Source: an uncultured Clostridium sp.
GTDB lineage: Bacteria; Bacillota; Clostridia; TANB77; CAG-508
DNA: 64,000 nt
Reading direction: 5' to 3'
Assembly: GCA_964370905.1 (NCBI GenBank)
Contig: CAYJKK010000005.1
Coordinates: 666 to 64,665, forward strand
Shown here: in pieces, positions 7,005 to 16,153 of the stretch
Position numbering within the stretch: position 1 is the stretch's first letter
How the letters are laid out: every line of letters begins with the position of its first letter
Translations under genes and position numbers: made by a program
The notes under the pieces: generated by a model
Database searches by the model: none
What the model saw: the letters and a program-made list of their open reading frames with translations, nothing else
What the model was told of the DNA's origin: nothing

Positions 7005-8312
7005 CTATATACAAAAAACTGCATATATTGGAATAGATTTTATATTGTTTTCAAAACCAAAATTTTTCGTTGAAAAGCGAATAGAATATTGTGGTTTCTT
7101 TTCTCTAATATATGTATTTAAGCTTGTAGATTTTACATTTGTCCCTGACTTAACTTCTATTGGTATTATTCCATCATTGTTATATATCAAAAAATCTATT
7201 TCTAAATTTCTTCCTTGTGTCCAATAGTATAGATTATTTGTTTTAGTTACTAATTCCTGTGCTATATAGTTTTCTGTAATAGCTCCTTTAAATTCAAAAT
7301 TTTTATCTAATATTATATCAGTATAATTTATTCCAGAGACTGCAACTAAAATCCCTACATCACTTAAATATAATTTAAAAAATTCTTCTTCAACATATAA
7401 CTTAAGTGGTATTTCTACTTTTTTTACTTTTTTTGATATATATATCATTCCTGCTGAGATTAACCACTCTATTGGATTTTCAAATTTTCTTTTTCTTCCA
7501 TTTTCTTCTATTTCAGCATACATAAACCTTCTTTTATCTTTTGCAAGCTGAATTGGAATGCTGTTATATACTTTTTCTATTTTTACTGTTTCTATATTTC
7601 CTTTAACATACTTTTTCATATCATAATTATACATTTGAACTATATTTAAAATTAAACTTGAATTATATTTCAATATATCTTTACCATTTTCAATAAAATT
7701 TTTAACTGCCTCTGGCATTCCGCCTACACATATATATTCTCTATATAGTTCTATACATCTTTCATGTGCGAAAACTGGCATTGGCTCCATTTTCGTATAG
7801 GATTCACGTATTTTTTCTAATAACATCTCATTTTCTGTCGCCATCATAAATTCTTCGAAATTCATAGGATACATATTTTCAATTATGACTTTTCCAACTG
7901 GAAACGAACTTGTAAATCTATTTACTTTAACGCCTAATAAGCTTCCTGCACAAATGATTTTATATGGTTTTTCAGATTCACAAAAGTATTTGAGTGAAAC
8001 AATAAAATTTTCAGATACTTGTACTTCATCAAAAAACATAATGGTATTTTCTATATCTATCTTTTTTCCTAAATATAGTTCTATTTGTTTAATTATCTCT
8101 TCCTCATTTATTGTTTTTTCAAATATTTCTCTTATACTCTCTTCTTTTTCTAAATTAATATATATATAATCTTTAAAATTTTCTTTAGCATATTTTAATA
8201 TAGTAAATGTCTTACCAATTTGTCTTACACCTATTACCATTAGTGGTTTATTTATATGATTTTCCTTCCAATTTCTTAGTTTTTCTTCAAATAATCTATA
8301 CATTATCATCAA
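7005..8312 (-). CDS. AAA+ ATPase with a C-terminal DUF4143-type (PD-(D/E)xK-like) domain (COG1373 family)
   Basis: 435 aa with Walker A VIGVRQIGKTF, Walker B MFFDEVQ, and a C-terminal ..LEIDFLIYNNDGIIPIEVKSGTN.. nuclease-fold-like motif. The architecture is typical of AAA_14+DUF4143 proteins. Confidence 0.8.
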   Translation of the reverse strand: MMIMYRLFEEKLRNWKENHINKPLMVIGVRQIGKTFTILKYAKENFKDYIYINLEKEESIREIFEKTINEEEIIKQIELYLGKKIDIENTIMFFDEVQVSENFIVSLKYFCESEKPYKIICAGSLLGVKVNRFTSSFPVGKVIIENMYPMNFEEFMMATENEMLLEKIRESYTKMEPMPVFAHERCIELYREYICVGGMPEAVKNFIENGKDILKYNSSLILNIVQMYNYDMKKYVKGNIETVKIEKVYNSIPIQLAKDKRRFMYAEIEENGRKRKFENPIEWLISAGMIYISKKVKKVEIPLKLYVEEEFFKLYLSDVGILVAVSGINYTDIILDKNFEFKGAITENYIAQELVTKTNNLYYWTQGRNLEIDFLIYNNDGIIPIEVKSGTNVKSTSLNTYIREKKPQYSIRFSTKNFGFENNIKSIPIYAVFCI

Positions 8313-8354
8313 CTCCTCAATTACATAGTATCATATTATAAAATATTTTTCAAG

Positions 8355-8450
8355 TTTTTTGCCACTTTTTGCAAGTTTTCTTTTGACGTTTTTACCACTT
8401 TTTGCAGGTTTTTCTTTGGTATTTTTGCCACTTTTTGCATTTTTTCTTTA
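8355..8450. repeat. Three tandem ~33-bp repeats upstream of the DUF4143 ATPase gene
   Basis: TTTTTTGCCACTTTTTGCAAGTTTTCTTTTGACG / TTTTTACCACTTTTTGCAGGTTTTTCTTTGGTA / TTTTTGCCACTTTTTGCATTTTTTCTTTA. On the - strand the core is TGCAAAAAGTGG(C/T)AAAAA. Confidence 0.85.
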
Positions 8451-8480
8451 TTTTCCTCTGTTTATCAGTATTTATTTAAA

Positions 8481-8729
8481 CTAATACAGCTCATTTGCTT
8501 GCTCTTGTGTTAATATATTTTCATTAACTGTATGATCTATAGCTTCTCTTCTTGATTGATCATCTTCAATACTTTTCAAATGGGTAATTAATTCTTGCTC
8601 TGGATTATGAATAGTACCATCACTATTAAATAAATGTGATGTATACACTGTATATACTCCTAAAATAATTGCTATTAAAACTACTATTATGATAATTATT
8701 ATATTTACTACTATTTTTTTATTTTTCAT
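8481..8729 (-). CDS. Small single-pass membrane protein
   Basis: 82 aa with an N-terminal TM segment, IVVNIIIIIIVVLIAIILGVYTVY. It overlaps the upstream ORF by 11 nt, indicating an operon with the LytTR gene. Confidence 0.6.
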   Translation of the reverse strand: MKNKKIVVNIIIIIIVVLIAIILGVYTVYTSHLFNSDGTIHNPEQELITHLKSIEDDQSRREAIDHTVNENILTQEQANELY

Positions 8730-9006
8730 TAAAATCTCCTCCTTTCAAAACTTCATTTAACTTTGTATTTAGTGTTTTTACAATATATCTATTATATAAA
8801 CTATATATCGTAAATATTGCAATATACAATATTAGGTAAAGTAAACTATTATTTTTTAATGCTTCTGCATATGTTTCTATAAAATTAATATTTCCGCCTA
8901 ACATATTTACAAGTATCATTTGTAATATAGTATTAATTAAATTAAATATTACATATATAAATACAAATTGTAATACTATTTTTATATATTTTTTAATATG
9001 CTTCAT
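8719..9006 (-). CDS. Small multi-pass membrane protein (candidate membrane partner of the LytTR regulator)
   Basis: 95 aa with 2-3 hydrophobic helices. Its start is 4 nt after the stop of the LytTR gene. Confidence 0.6.
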   Translation of the reverse strand: MKHIKKYIKIVLQFVFIYVIFNLINTILQMILVNMLGGNINFIETYAEALKNNSLLYLILYIAIFTIYSLYNRYIVKTLNTKLNEVLKGGDFNEK

Positions 9007-9009
9007 TTG

Positions 9010-9474
9010 TTAAATTCTCCTTTCATCTAGATATGACATTATATCTTTAATTCTTCTTGCTATATATTCTTCTGTTCCATCTATCATTCTAACAATTATC
9101 TTATTACTTTCTTTTAAATCAAATGCTTCTACTTTTTCTAAATTTATAATACAGCTTTTGGAAATTCTAATATAATTTATGTTACTTTTTTCAATTTCAT
9201 ATAATTTATTTTTAATTTTATACTCTTTTTCTTTTGTTTTACAATAGTTATTCTTTTTATCACTATAAAACATAATTATATCGTTAGAATCTAAGTTAAT
9301 TAATAGATTTTCATCTCCTACAATTACTTTACTCTTATAATTTTCATATTCTTTTATGTAAGAAACAAACTCACTTATTTGAGCTACATTATATTTTAGT
9401 ACAACTTTTATATCCTCATCCTTTATATCAATTGTTTTTTCTAATTTTATAGCTACTTTCATAATTTCCTCCAT
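9010..9474 (-). CDS. LytTR-domain DNA-binding protein (stand-alone, no receiver domain)
   Basis: 154 aa. The C-terminal NYIRISKSCIINLEKVEAFDLKESNKIIVRMIDGTEEYIARR is a typical LytTR signature. Confidence 0.75.
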   Translation of the reverse strand: MEEIMKVAIKLEKTIDIKDEDIKVVLKYNVAQISEFVSYIKEYENYKSKVIVGDENLLINLDSNDIIMFYSDKKNNYCKTKEKEYKIKNKLYEIEKSNINYIRISKSCIINLEKVEAFDLKESNKIIVRMIDGTEEYIARRIKDIMSYLDERRI

Positions 9475-9583
9475 AAATTAATTATATACCTAAACATTAT
9501 CACTTTCAATTATTTAGCTATATACGGTCTTATAAAAAGATAAGTGGCTATTTTTATATTTATATATATCTTTTTTATATGCA

Positions 9584-9613
9584 TAAAAAAAGACAGAAAT
9601 TATTTTCTGCCTT
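9584..9613 (-). terminator. Rho-independent terminator of hpf
   Basis: - strand GGCAGAAA-ataa-TTTCTGTC followed by T7 (+ strand aaaaaaagacagaaattattttctgcc). Confidence 0.7.
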
Positions 9614-9629
9614 TAATTTATTTACTTAT

Positions 9630-10157
9630 TTATGCTCCTGGTTCTATAATACCAAAATTATGACCATCTTTTAATCTATATAATACATTTACTTTTCCAG
9701 TTTCAATATTTACAAAAGTTATAAATGTATTTACTGGTTTTTCTTGTAATTTTAAAACTGCATCTTCTGGAGATAATGGTTTTAAATCATAATATGTAGT
9801 TTTAACTATTTCATCTTTGATTTCTTGAATCTTCATATCAACTATTTCCATTGATTTAATTGAAGAATCTTTCATCATTTTATCTTTTTTAGTTTTCATT
9901 TTTCTAATTTGACCTTCTAATATATCAATATCTTTGTCTATTGATGCATATAAATCTTTGTCTTCTGTTACTGCTCTGAATTTTTCTCCATGTGCTATTA
10001 CACAGATTTCAGCTATTTGAGCGTGATGTTCTGTTTTTAATGTAACATCTGCTTCTGCTTCATCGAAGTATTTATCAATCCTTTGTAATTTTGTTTCAAC
10101 GTAATCATGTAACGCTTCTGTAATCTCTAGTTCTTTTCCTATTATTTTTATTTTCAT
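9630..10157 (-). CDS. hpf: Ribosome hibernation promoting factor, long form
   Basis: 175 aa. The N-terminus MKIKIIGKELEITEALHDYVETKLQRIDKYF is the S30AE/HPF signature, and a C-terminal dimerisation domain is present. Confidence 0.9.
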   Translation of the reverse strand: MKIKIIGKELEITEALHDYVETKLQRIDKYFDEAEADVTLKTEHHAQIAEICVIAHGEKFRAVTEDKDLYASIDKDIDILEGQIRKMKTKKDKMMKDSSIKSMEIVDMKIQEIKDEIVKTTYYDLKPLSPEDAVLKLQEKPVNTFITFVNIETGKVNVLYRLKDGHNFGIIEPGA

Positions 10158-10257
10158 AAAAATCGCTCCCTTTCTTCTTTAAAGTTATTTTTTTATTGAT
10201 ATACTTATAATTATATACCTATTTTTTATTTTTTTCAAGCAATTTCCTTATATTTAA

Positions 10258-10974
10258 TTAATCATCAATATTTAATTCTAGTTTTTCTCTAAAAAATAAT
10301 TTAACAATAAGCTTAAATTCTTCTAAAGAATCCCCTTTTATATCAAAGTTAAATAATTTTTTAGGTGGTGCTGTAACTGTATATTTTATTGCATTTTTTG
10401 TACTTTCAGACATAAAAATTGCAGATTTATCTACTTTTGAGCAAGCTTCACATTTCATTCCATTATCTCTTATGCTAAAATAACTCATATTTTCTTGTTC
10501 TTCACAATTCTTACACTTCCCTACTTCTGGTTTAAATCCTAATATTACTAGAATTCTTAATTTAAAAATATTATATATTAATTCTAAATTTTTATCACTT
10601 TCTGAGATTATATATAATGTATTTAATAATAATTGTAATATATAAAAAGAGTTTTGGTTTTCTTGTACTACTTCATTTACAATCTTATTTATTTTAACAG
10701 CATAATTTAATTTATCTAGATCTATTCGCAGATTATAAAATACTTCTATAACATCTACTGAATTAATATTATATGCATTTCCACCTTTAAAAACCAAATA
10801 TTCTGCAAATGCAAACATTTGAGTTCCTGCTAAAAGTGTGCTTCTAGGACGCCTTGCACCTTTTGCTACACATGAAATTTTACCATGATTAGGTGTTAAT
10901 ATTGTTAACATTTTATCATAATCACCAAAATTTGTTTCAGTTAATACTATCCCATTTATTTTTGTATTCGCCAT
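10258..10974 (-). CDS. recO: DNA repair protein RecO
   Basis: 238 aa with an OB-fold N-terminus (GIVLTETNFGDYDKMLTILT), the Zn-finger CKNCEEQ...CEAC, and era-yqzL-recO synteny. Confidence 0.9.
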   Translation of the reverse strand: MANTKINGIVLTETNFGDYDKMLTILTPNHGKISCVAKGARRPRSTLLAGTQMFAFAEYLVFKGGNAYNINSVDVIEVFYNLRIDLDKLNYAVKINKIVNEVVQENQNSFYILQLLLNTLYIISESDKNLELIYNIFKLRILVILGFKPEVGKCKNCEEQENMSYFSIRDNGMKCEACSKVDKSAIFMSESTKNAIKYTVTAPPKKLFNFDIKGDSLEEFKLIVKLFFREKLELNIDD

Positions 10975-11125
10975 TTAAATCACTCTCATCTATTTCCATA
11001 CTTGCTATTTTTTTTAATATATTTTCGTCTAACTCATTTTCCAAATGTTCTATTTGTTTCATTTCAAGATATGCGTATATTTTTCCTGTTCCCTTAAAAT
11101 TTTCCCATGCTTTTTTCTTATCCAT
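10937..11125 (-). CDS. YqzL-family small protein
   Basis: 62 aa. WENFKGTGKIYAYLEMKQIE resembles B. subtilis YqzL (W..F..TG.I..YL..K..E, from memory). It sits between era and recO as in Bacillus and overlaps the recO start by 38 nt. Confidence 0.6.
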   Translation of the reverse strand: MDKKKAWENFKGTGKIYAYLEMKQIEHLENELDENILKKIASMEIDESDLNGEYKNKWDSIN

Positions 11126-11202
11126 ATAATCGTCTCCTTTTAAAGTTATACTTTAATCTTATCTTTTGTATATTTTATTATTTTATTCATAAAATATATT
11201 TA

Positions 11203-12105
11203 TTATTTTAATTTAAATTTATTTACTATATTGTCATTTTCCTGCCAGTCGCTTTTAACTTTAACCCAAGTTTTTAAATTTATTTTTATCCCAAAATTTT
11301 TTTCCATATCTAGTCTTGCCATTTTTCCAATTCGTTTTAACATTTCGCCATTTTTTCCTATTATTATCCCTTTATGTGAATCTCTTAAGCAATATATATT
11401 AGCATCAACATCATATATATTCTCACCTGTTTTATTAGTTCTAAATTCCATTTTATCTACTTCTATATATATTCCATGAGGTACTTCATCTTTTAATACT
11501 CTTAATGCTTTTTCTCTTATAATCTCTTCTGCTAATTGTCTTAGTGTTTGATCTGTATATTCTTCTTTATCATAATATGCTGGACCATATTGTAAGTTTT
11601 TTTCTATTTCATCTAGTATTACATCTTTAAACTTTTTATTTGTAGCTTCTATTGGTACTACTGCTGCAAAATCATATTCAGCACTATACATTTCTATTAG
11701 TTTTAATAAGCTTTCTCTTTTAACTAAATCTATTTTATTAATAACTAATATTGTTTTTCTTTTTAATTCTTTTATTTTTTCTAATATTATTTTATCACCT
11801 TTACCAATTTCTATACTTGTTGCTTCAATTAAAAATAGGGCTATATCTGAATCAGCAACACTTGTAAAAGATGTTTCTACCATTGTTTCATTTAATTTAG
11901 TTTTAGGTTTATGAATTCCTGGTGTATCTACAAATATAATTTGCGAATTTTCTCTATTTACAATTCCTTTTATAGCTGTTCTAGTTGTTTGTACTTTATC
12001 TGCAATTGCTGCTACCTTTTCTCCTACTAATAAATTTAATAATGTTGATTTTCCTACATTTGTTCTTCCAATTAATGTTACAAATCCTGATTTATGTTCT
12101 TCCAT
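11203..12105 (-). CDS. era: GTPase Era
   Basis: 300 aa with G1 GRTNVGKST, G3 DTPG, G4 NKID and a C-terminal KH domain. Confidence 0.95.
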   Translation of the reverse strand: MEEHKSGFVTLIGRTNVGKSTLLNLLVGEKVAAIADKVQTTRTAIKGIVNRENSQIIFVDTPGIHKPKTKLNETMVETSFTSVADSDIALFLIEATSIEIGKGDKIILEKIKELKRKTILVINKIDLVKRESLLKLIEMYSAEYDFAAVVPIEATNKKFKDVILDEIEKNLQYGPAYYDKEEYTDQTLRQLAEEIIREKALRVLKDEVPHGIYIEVDKMEFRTNKTGENIYDVDANIYCLRDSHKGIIIGKNGEMLKRIGKMARLDMEKNFGIKINLKTWVKVKSDWQENDNIVNKFKLK

Positions 12106-12299
12106 TTATTTTCCTTCTTTCATTTTTCTTACTCATCTATTATACACTATTTTTATGCTAAATTTGTAGAATTTTTAAAATTTCCAAAAAATATTTAAAA
12201 TATATATAGTTAAAAAATAAGAAAAGAAGGAGCAGGAAGTTTTTTCAAACTTTCCACCCCAACTGTTGACATAGAGCCAATATTTTTTAACTGTATTTT

Positions 12300-13592
12300 T
12301 TAAGCATATGCTTGTCTTTTTTTGAAACTAAGTAATTTACTAATTTCATTTTCTGTATTTTTAGCTTTTTTAGTTTTTCTTGCTCTTTCTTGTTCAATTT
12401 CTCTTTTTTGTTTTTCTGCCATTGACTGACAAATTGCTTTTTGATATGTAAAATGTGTATCTTGTGCTATTGTACTCCAGTTATATTCATTTCTAACCTT
12501 GTTTTTAGCTTTTTTAACAATATCACTACATAATTTTTGATCATATAATAGTTCTAATATTGAATCTGCAAATGCATTCGGATTTCCACAATATGCTTTC
12601 ATTCCATTTTCTCTATGTGTTACAATTTCATTTAATCCACCAATATCTGAAACTACTATTGGATTTTCTGCAAGCATTGCTTCTAATGCTACTATTCCAA
12701 ATGGTTCATATGTACTTGGGAAAACTGCTATATCTGCTGCTTTATACATTTTTTGTACGTCTTTTCCTGACATATATCCAGCAAAGTATACTTTTTCAGA
12801 TATTCCCATAGCACTTACTTGTGCTTTTAATTCTTCTATCATTCCACCCTTACCACAAATAACTAATTTAGCATCATTGTATCCTGCTAATATTTTAGGC
12901 ATAGCTGTAATTAAATGTTGTATTCCTTTTTCATATACTAATCTTCCCATAAATAAAATTATTTTTTCATTATCCATAGCATATTTACGTCTAAATACAT
13001 AATCTCTTTCTATATTATTAAATAATGTCATATTAACACCATTGGGCACTACATTTATTTTATCGTATGGAAGCCCAAATAGACGCCCCAATTCATTTTT
13101 CATATAATTGCTATTTACAATTACTTCTGAAGATTCATATGTAAGCATCCATTCTGTATCATTTATATATCTTTGTTGTTCATCATAAATTCCGCTATTT
13201 CTTCCTGCTTCTGTTGCGTGTATTGTTGATACAATTGGAATATTGTATGAATTTTTAATTGTTTTTGCAGCATAAGCAACTAACCAATCATGTGCATGTA
13301 TTACATCAAATTTACCTTCTTTTGCAATAATTTCATTTGCTTTTGCTACCATATTAAAGTTCATTTGCATAATCCAATCTATAAAGTTATTTGGATTTAT
13401 CATATAGTTATCAATTCTATGTACTAATACTCCTTTATCATTTTCAAAATATGGTGCATCTCCATCTTTATATGTAACTACAGTTACATCGTGCCCATCT
13501 TTTAATAGTGTTTTTGATAAATCATGTACTACTCTTGATATTCCCCCTACTATTCTTGGTGGATATTCCCATGTTAGCATTAATATTCTCAT
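12300..13592 (-). CDS. Glycosyltransferase family 4 (GT-B), with a Lys-rich C-terminal tail
   Basis: The ORF track extends to 13649, but MRILMLTWEYPPRIVGGISRVV (ATG 13592) is the typical GT4 start. The E-x7-E region is YEPFGIVALEAMLAENPIV. The C-terminal ~45 aa are K/E-rich. Confidence 0.8.
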   Translation of the reverse strand: MRILMLTWEYPPRIVGGISRVVHDLSKTLLKDGHDVTVVTYKDGDAPYFENDKGVLVHRIDNYMINPNNFIDWIMQMNFNMVAKANEIIAKEGKFDVIHAHDWLVAYAAKTIKNSYNIPIVSTIHATEAGRNSGIYDEQQRYINDTEWMLTYESSEVIVNSNYMKNELGRLFGLPYDKINVVPNGVNMTLFNNIERDYVFRRKYAMDNEKIILFMGRLVYEKGIQHLITAMPKILAGYNDAKLVICGKGGMIEELKAQVSAMGISEKVYFAGYMSGKDVQKMYKAADIAVFPSTYEPFGIVALEAMLAENPIVVSDIGGLNEIVTHRENGMKAYCGNPNAFADSILELLYDQKLCSDIVKKAKNKVRNEYNWSTIAQDTHFTYQKAICQSMAEKQKREIEQERARKTKKAKNTENEISKLLSFKKRQAYA

Positions 13593-13741
13593 TGATCTAT
13601 CTTCCTTTCTTTTCATTTTCTTTTGTTTTCGACATTTTTTTCTATTCATATTTTACATATATTTTTAATAAAAGTAAATATGTTTTTGCATATTTTTTAT
13701 TTTTCTTTCACATTTTTTCTTTCAACCTATTAGCACAATAA

Positions 13742-13783
13742 AAAGTTAAAGTATTAATTTTTAGGATTAATACTTTAACTTTT
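13742..13783 (-). terminator. Terminator hairpin downstream of accC (bidirectional shape)
   Basis: 17-bp perfect inverted repeat AAAGTTAAAGTATTAAT-ttttagg-ATTAATACTTTAACTTT, flanked by A and T runs. Confidence 0.65.
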
Positions 13784-13808
13784 TATATTTAATTATATTA
13801 TTAAAATC

Positions 13809-15152
13809 TTATTTTTGCATTTCTTTTGCTATAAAAGATGTATCATATTTATTGTTTTTAAAATTCTCATTATCAAGTATTTTTAAAATAAAGTCTGCAT
13901 TTGTTGTTACACCTTCTACTACTAATTCAGAAATTACACTTTTCATTTTAGCAAGTGATTCGTTTCTGTCTTTACCATGTACAATAACTTTTGCAATCAT
14001 TGAATCATATGTTGGTGGAATTGAATACCCTGCATAAATTGCAGTATCAATTCTTATACCGTTTCCTCCTGGTAAATGAAGTCCTGTAACGGTCCCAGCA
14101 CATGGCATAAAGTTCTTGTCTGGATTTTCAGCATTTATTCTTGCTTCCAAACTATGACCTTTAAAAGTTATATCTTCTTGCTTATATGTTAACTCTAATC
14201 CTGAAGCTACTTTAATTTGCTCTTTAATTAAATCTATACCTGTTACCATTTCTGTTACTGGATGCTCTACTTGTATTCTTGTATTCATTTCCATAAAATA
14301 GAAGTCATTATTTTTATCTACTAAATATTCAATAGTTCCTGCATTTGCATATCCAATTTCTTTTACTGCTTTTACTGATGCTTCTCCCATTTTTTTTCTA
14401 GTTTCTTCTTTTAATATTGCTGATGGTGTTTCTTCTAATACTTTTTGGTTTCTTCTTTGTACAGAACAATCTCTTTCACCTAAATGTATTGCATTTCCAT
14501 GTTCATCACCTAATATTTGAATTTCAACATGTCTTGGATTTTCTATAAATTTTTCTAAATATAGGCTATCATCATTAAAAGATATTTTAGCTTCTTGTTT
14601 AACTATGTCATATTCTTTATCTAATTCTTCTTTAGAATATGCAACACGAATACCTCTACCTCCACCACCTGCTGATGCTTTTAGTATTACTGGATATTTC
14701 ATTTCTTCAGCTAATTTTATAGCTTCTTCTTTAGAATTAATTAATCCATCTGATCCTGGTACTACTGGCACTCCTGCTTTTTTCATAGTATCTTTAGCAA
14801 CTGATTTATTTCCTAACAAATCTATTAATCTATAGTCTGGTCCAATAAATTTTATTCCCATTTGTTCACAAAGTTTTGCAAATTTAGCATTTTCAGATAA
14901 GAACCCAAATCCTGGATGAATACTATCTGCACCTGTTAAACATGCTGTTTCTAATATAGTTTTCATATTTAAATAACTTTTTGCTGATGGTGCTGGACCT
15001 ATACAAACAGCTTCATCTGCTAATTTTACATGTAAGGCATTTTTATCGACTTCTGAATATACTGCAACTGTTCTAATTCCCATTTCTCTACATGCTCTTA
15101 TTATTCTTACTGCAATTTCCCCTCTATTTGCAATTAATACTTTTTTTAACAT
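13809..15152 (-). CDS. accC: Acetyl-CoA carboxylase biotin carboxylase subunit
   Basis: 447 aa with MLKKVLIANRGEIAVRIIRAC, the ATP-grasp motif GGGGRGIR, and EMNTRIQVEHPVTE. Confidence 0.95.
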   Translation of the reverse strand: MLKKVLIANRGEIAVRIIRACREMGIRTVAVYSEVDKNALHVKLADEAVCIGPAPSAKSYLNMKTILETACLTGADSIHPGFGFLSENAKFAKLCEQMGIKFIGPDYRLIDLLGNKSVAKDTMKKAGVPVVPGSDGLINSKEEAIKLAEEMKYPVILKASAGGGGRGIRVAYSKEELDKEYDIVKQEAKISFNDDSLYLEKFIENPRHVEIQILGDEHGNAIHLGERDCSVQRRNQKVLEETPSAILKEETRKKMGEASVKAVKEIGYANAGTIEYLVDKNNDFYFMEMNTRIQVEHPVTEMVTGIDLIKEQIKVASGLELTYKQEDITFKGHSLEARINAENPDKNFMPCAGTVTGLHLPGGNGIRIDTAIYAGYSIPPTYDSMIAKVIVHGKDRNESLAKMKSVISELVVEGVTTNADFILKILDNENFKNNKYDTSFIAKEMQK

Positions 15153-15184
15153 TTTATCAAAATCCTTTCTAAATGAGTTAAATT

Positions 15185-15607
15185 CTATACAACTGCAAAA
15201 GTAAGTTCACCTTTTGCCGCTACCTTTCCATCTACGGTAGCTATAGCTTCTCCAATTCCTATTGGTCCTTTTTTCTTAATTATTTTAACTTCTAATTTTA
15301 AAACATCACCTGGCACTACCATTTTTTTAAATTTCATATTGTTTATTCCACCAAATAAAGCATTTTTACCTTTATTTTCTTCCATTGAAAGAATAGCTAC
15401 TGCTCCTGTTTGAGCTAATGCTTCTGTAATTAAAACTCCTGGCATAATTGGCTCTCCTGGAAAATGCCCTTGAAAGTACCATTCATTTATACATACATTT
15501 TTATATGCTATTGCTGACTCTCCTGGTGTATATTCTTCAACTCTATCTATCATTAAAAATGGTGCTCTTTGTGGTATTATTTTTTCTATTTCTTTTACAT
15601 CTAACAT
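15185..15607 (-). CDS. fabZ: 3-hydroxyacyl-ACP dehydratase FabZ
   Basis: 140 aa with FQGHFPGEPIMPGVLITEALAQ, the hot-dog dehydratase signature. Confidence 0.95.
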   Translation of the reverse strand: MLDVKEIEKIIPQRAPFLMIDRVEEYTPGESAIAYKNVCINEWYFQGHFPGEPIMPGVLITEALAQTGAVAILSMEENKGKNALFGGINNMKFKKMVVPGDVLKLEVKIIKKKGPIGIGEAIATVDGKVAAKGELTFAVV

Positions 15608-15623
15608 ACTCTTTTTTCCTTTA

Positions 15624-16094
15624 CTATTTTATCTTAAATAATGGTGTTCCAAATTCTACCATATCTTCATTTTTCACACATACTTCTACTATTTCACCAT
15701 CAAATTCTGATTCTATTTCATTCATTAATTTCATAGCTTCTACGATACATAATGTTTGACCTTTAGACACTTTATCTCCAACTTTTACTAAAGCTGGCTT
15801 TTCTGGAGATGAGCTTGCATAAAATGTTCCTACCATAGGGCTTTTTACAACTTTAGAATCATCTACATTTGTAAGGCTCATTTCTTGAACTGGTACAACA
15901 GCCGGAGCTGTCATTGGAGCACTAGCTTCTATAACTGGTGCTTGCATTGGCATTTGAACAGAGTTTACCACAGTTCCTAAATTTTTATTTTTTTCCATAC
16001 TTATTTTTATTCCATCTGGAAATTCTATTTCTAAAGAGTCTATTTTAGAGTTCCCCATATCATCCATTAATTTTTTAATTTCTTTATATTCCAT
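15624..16094 (-). CDS. accB: Biotin carboxyl carrier protein AccB
   Basis: Biotinylation motif EAMKLMNEIE. ATG at 16094 is preferred because the GTG at 16103 lies inside the SD AAAGGTGA. Confidence 0.9.
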   Translation of the reverse strand: MEYKEIKKLMDDMGNSKIDSLEIEFPDGIKISMEKNKNLGTVVNSVQMPMQAPVIEASAPMTAPAVVPVQEMSLTNVDDSKVVKSPMVGTFYASSSPEKPALVKVGDKVSKGQTLCIVEAMKLMNEIESEFDGEIVEVCVKNEDMVEFGTPLFKIK

Positions 16095-16153
16095 TTTAAT
16101 CACCTTTCTAAAACATAATTAATTTTCCAATTTTTATATTTCTTCAATCTTTT

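Noticed and set aside
1-8400. Mobile-element boundaries (integrase, transposase, tRNA attachment site, inverted terminal repeats) for the accessory island
   Set aside because: I could not recognise any recombinase or transposase ORF, tRNA gene or terminal inverted repeat. The only long repeats are the direct SASP-derived copies. The island's left boundary may lie outside the window.
8355-8450. Possible mini-CRISPR array (regularly spaced repeats)
   Set aside because: There are only three units, contiguous with a 33-bp period. There are no unique spacers between repeats and no cas genes, so it is a tandem repeat and not a CRISPR array.
10893-11129. 78-aa + strand ORF across the recO/yqzL junction
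   Set aside because: It is antisense to two syntenic conserved genes and has a hydrophobic low-complexity translation.
12106-12299. Slightly GC-richer stretch (gaaggagcaggaagttttttcaaactttccaccccaactgttgac) as a possible small RNA, tRNA fragment or terminator
   Set aside because: It forms only a weak imperfect hairpin (GGAAAGTT/AACTTCC). It has no tRNA-like cloverleaf or conserved box that I can recognise, which is too little to call.
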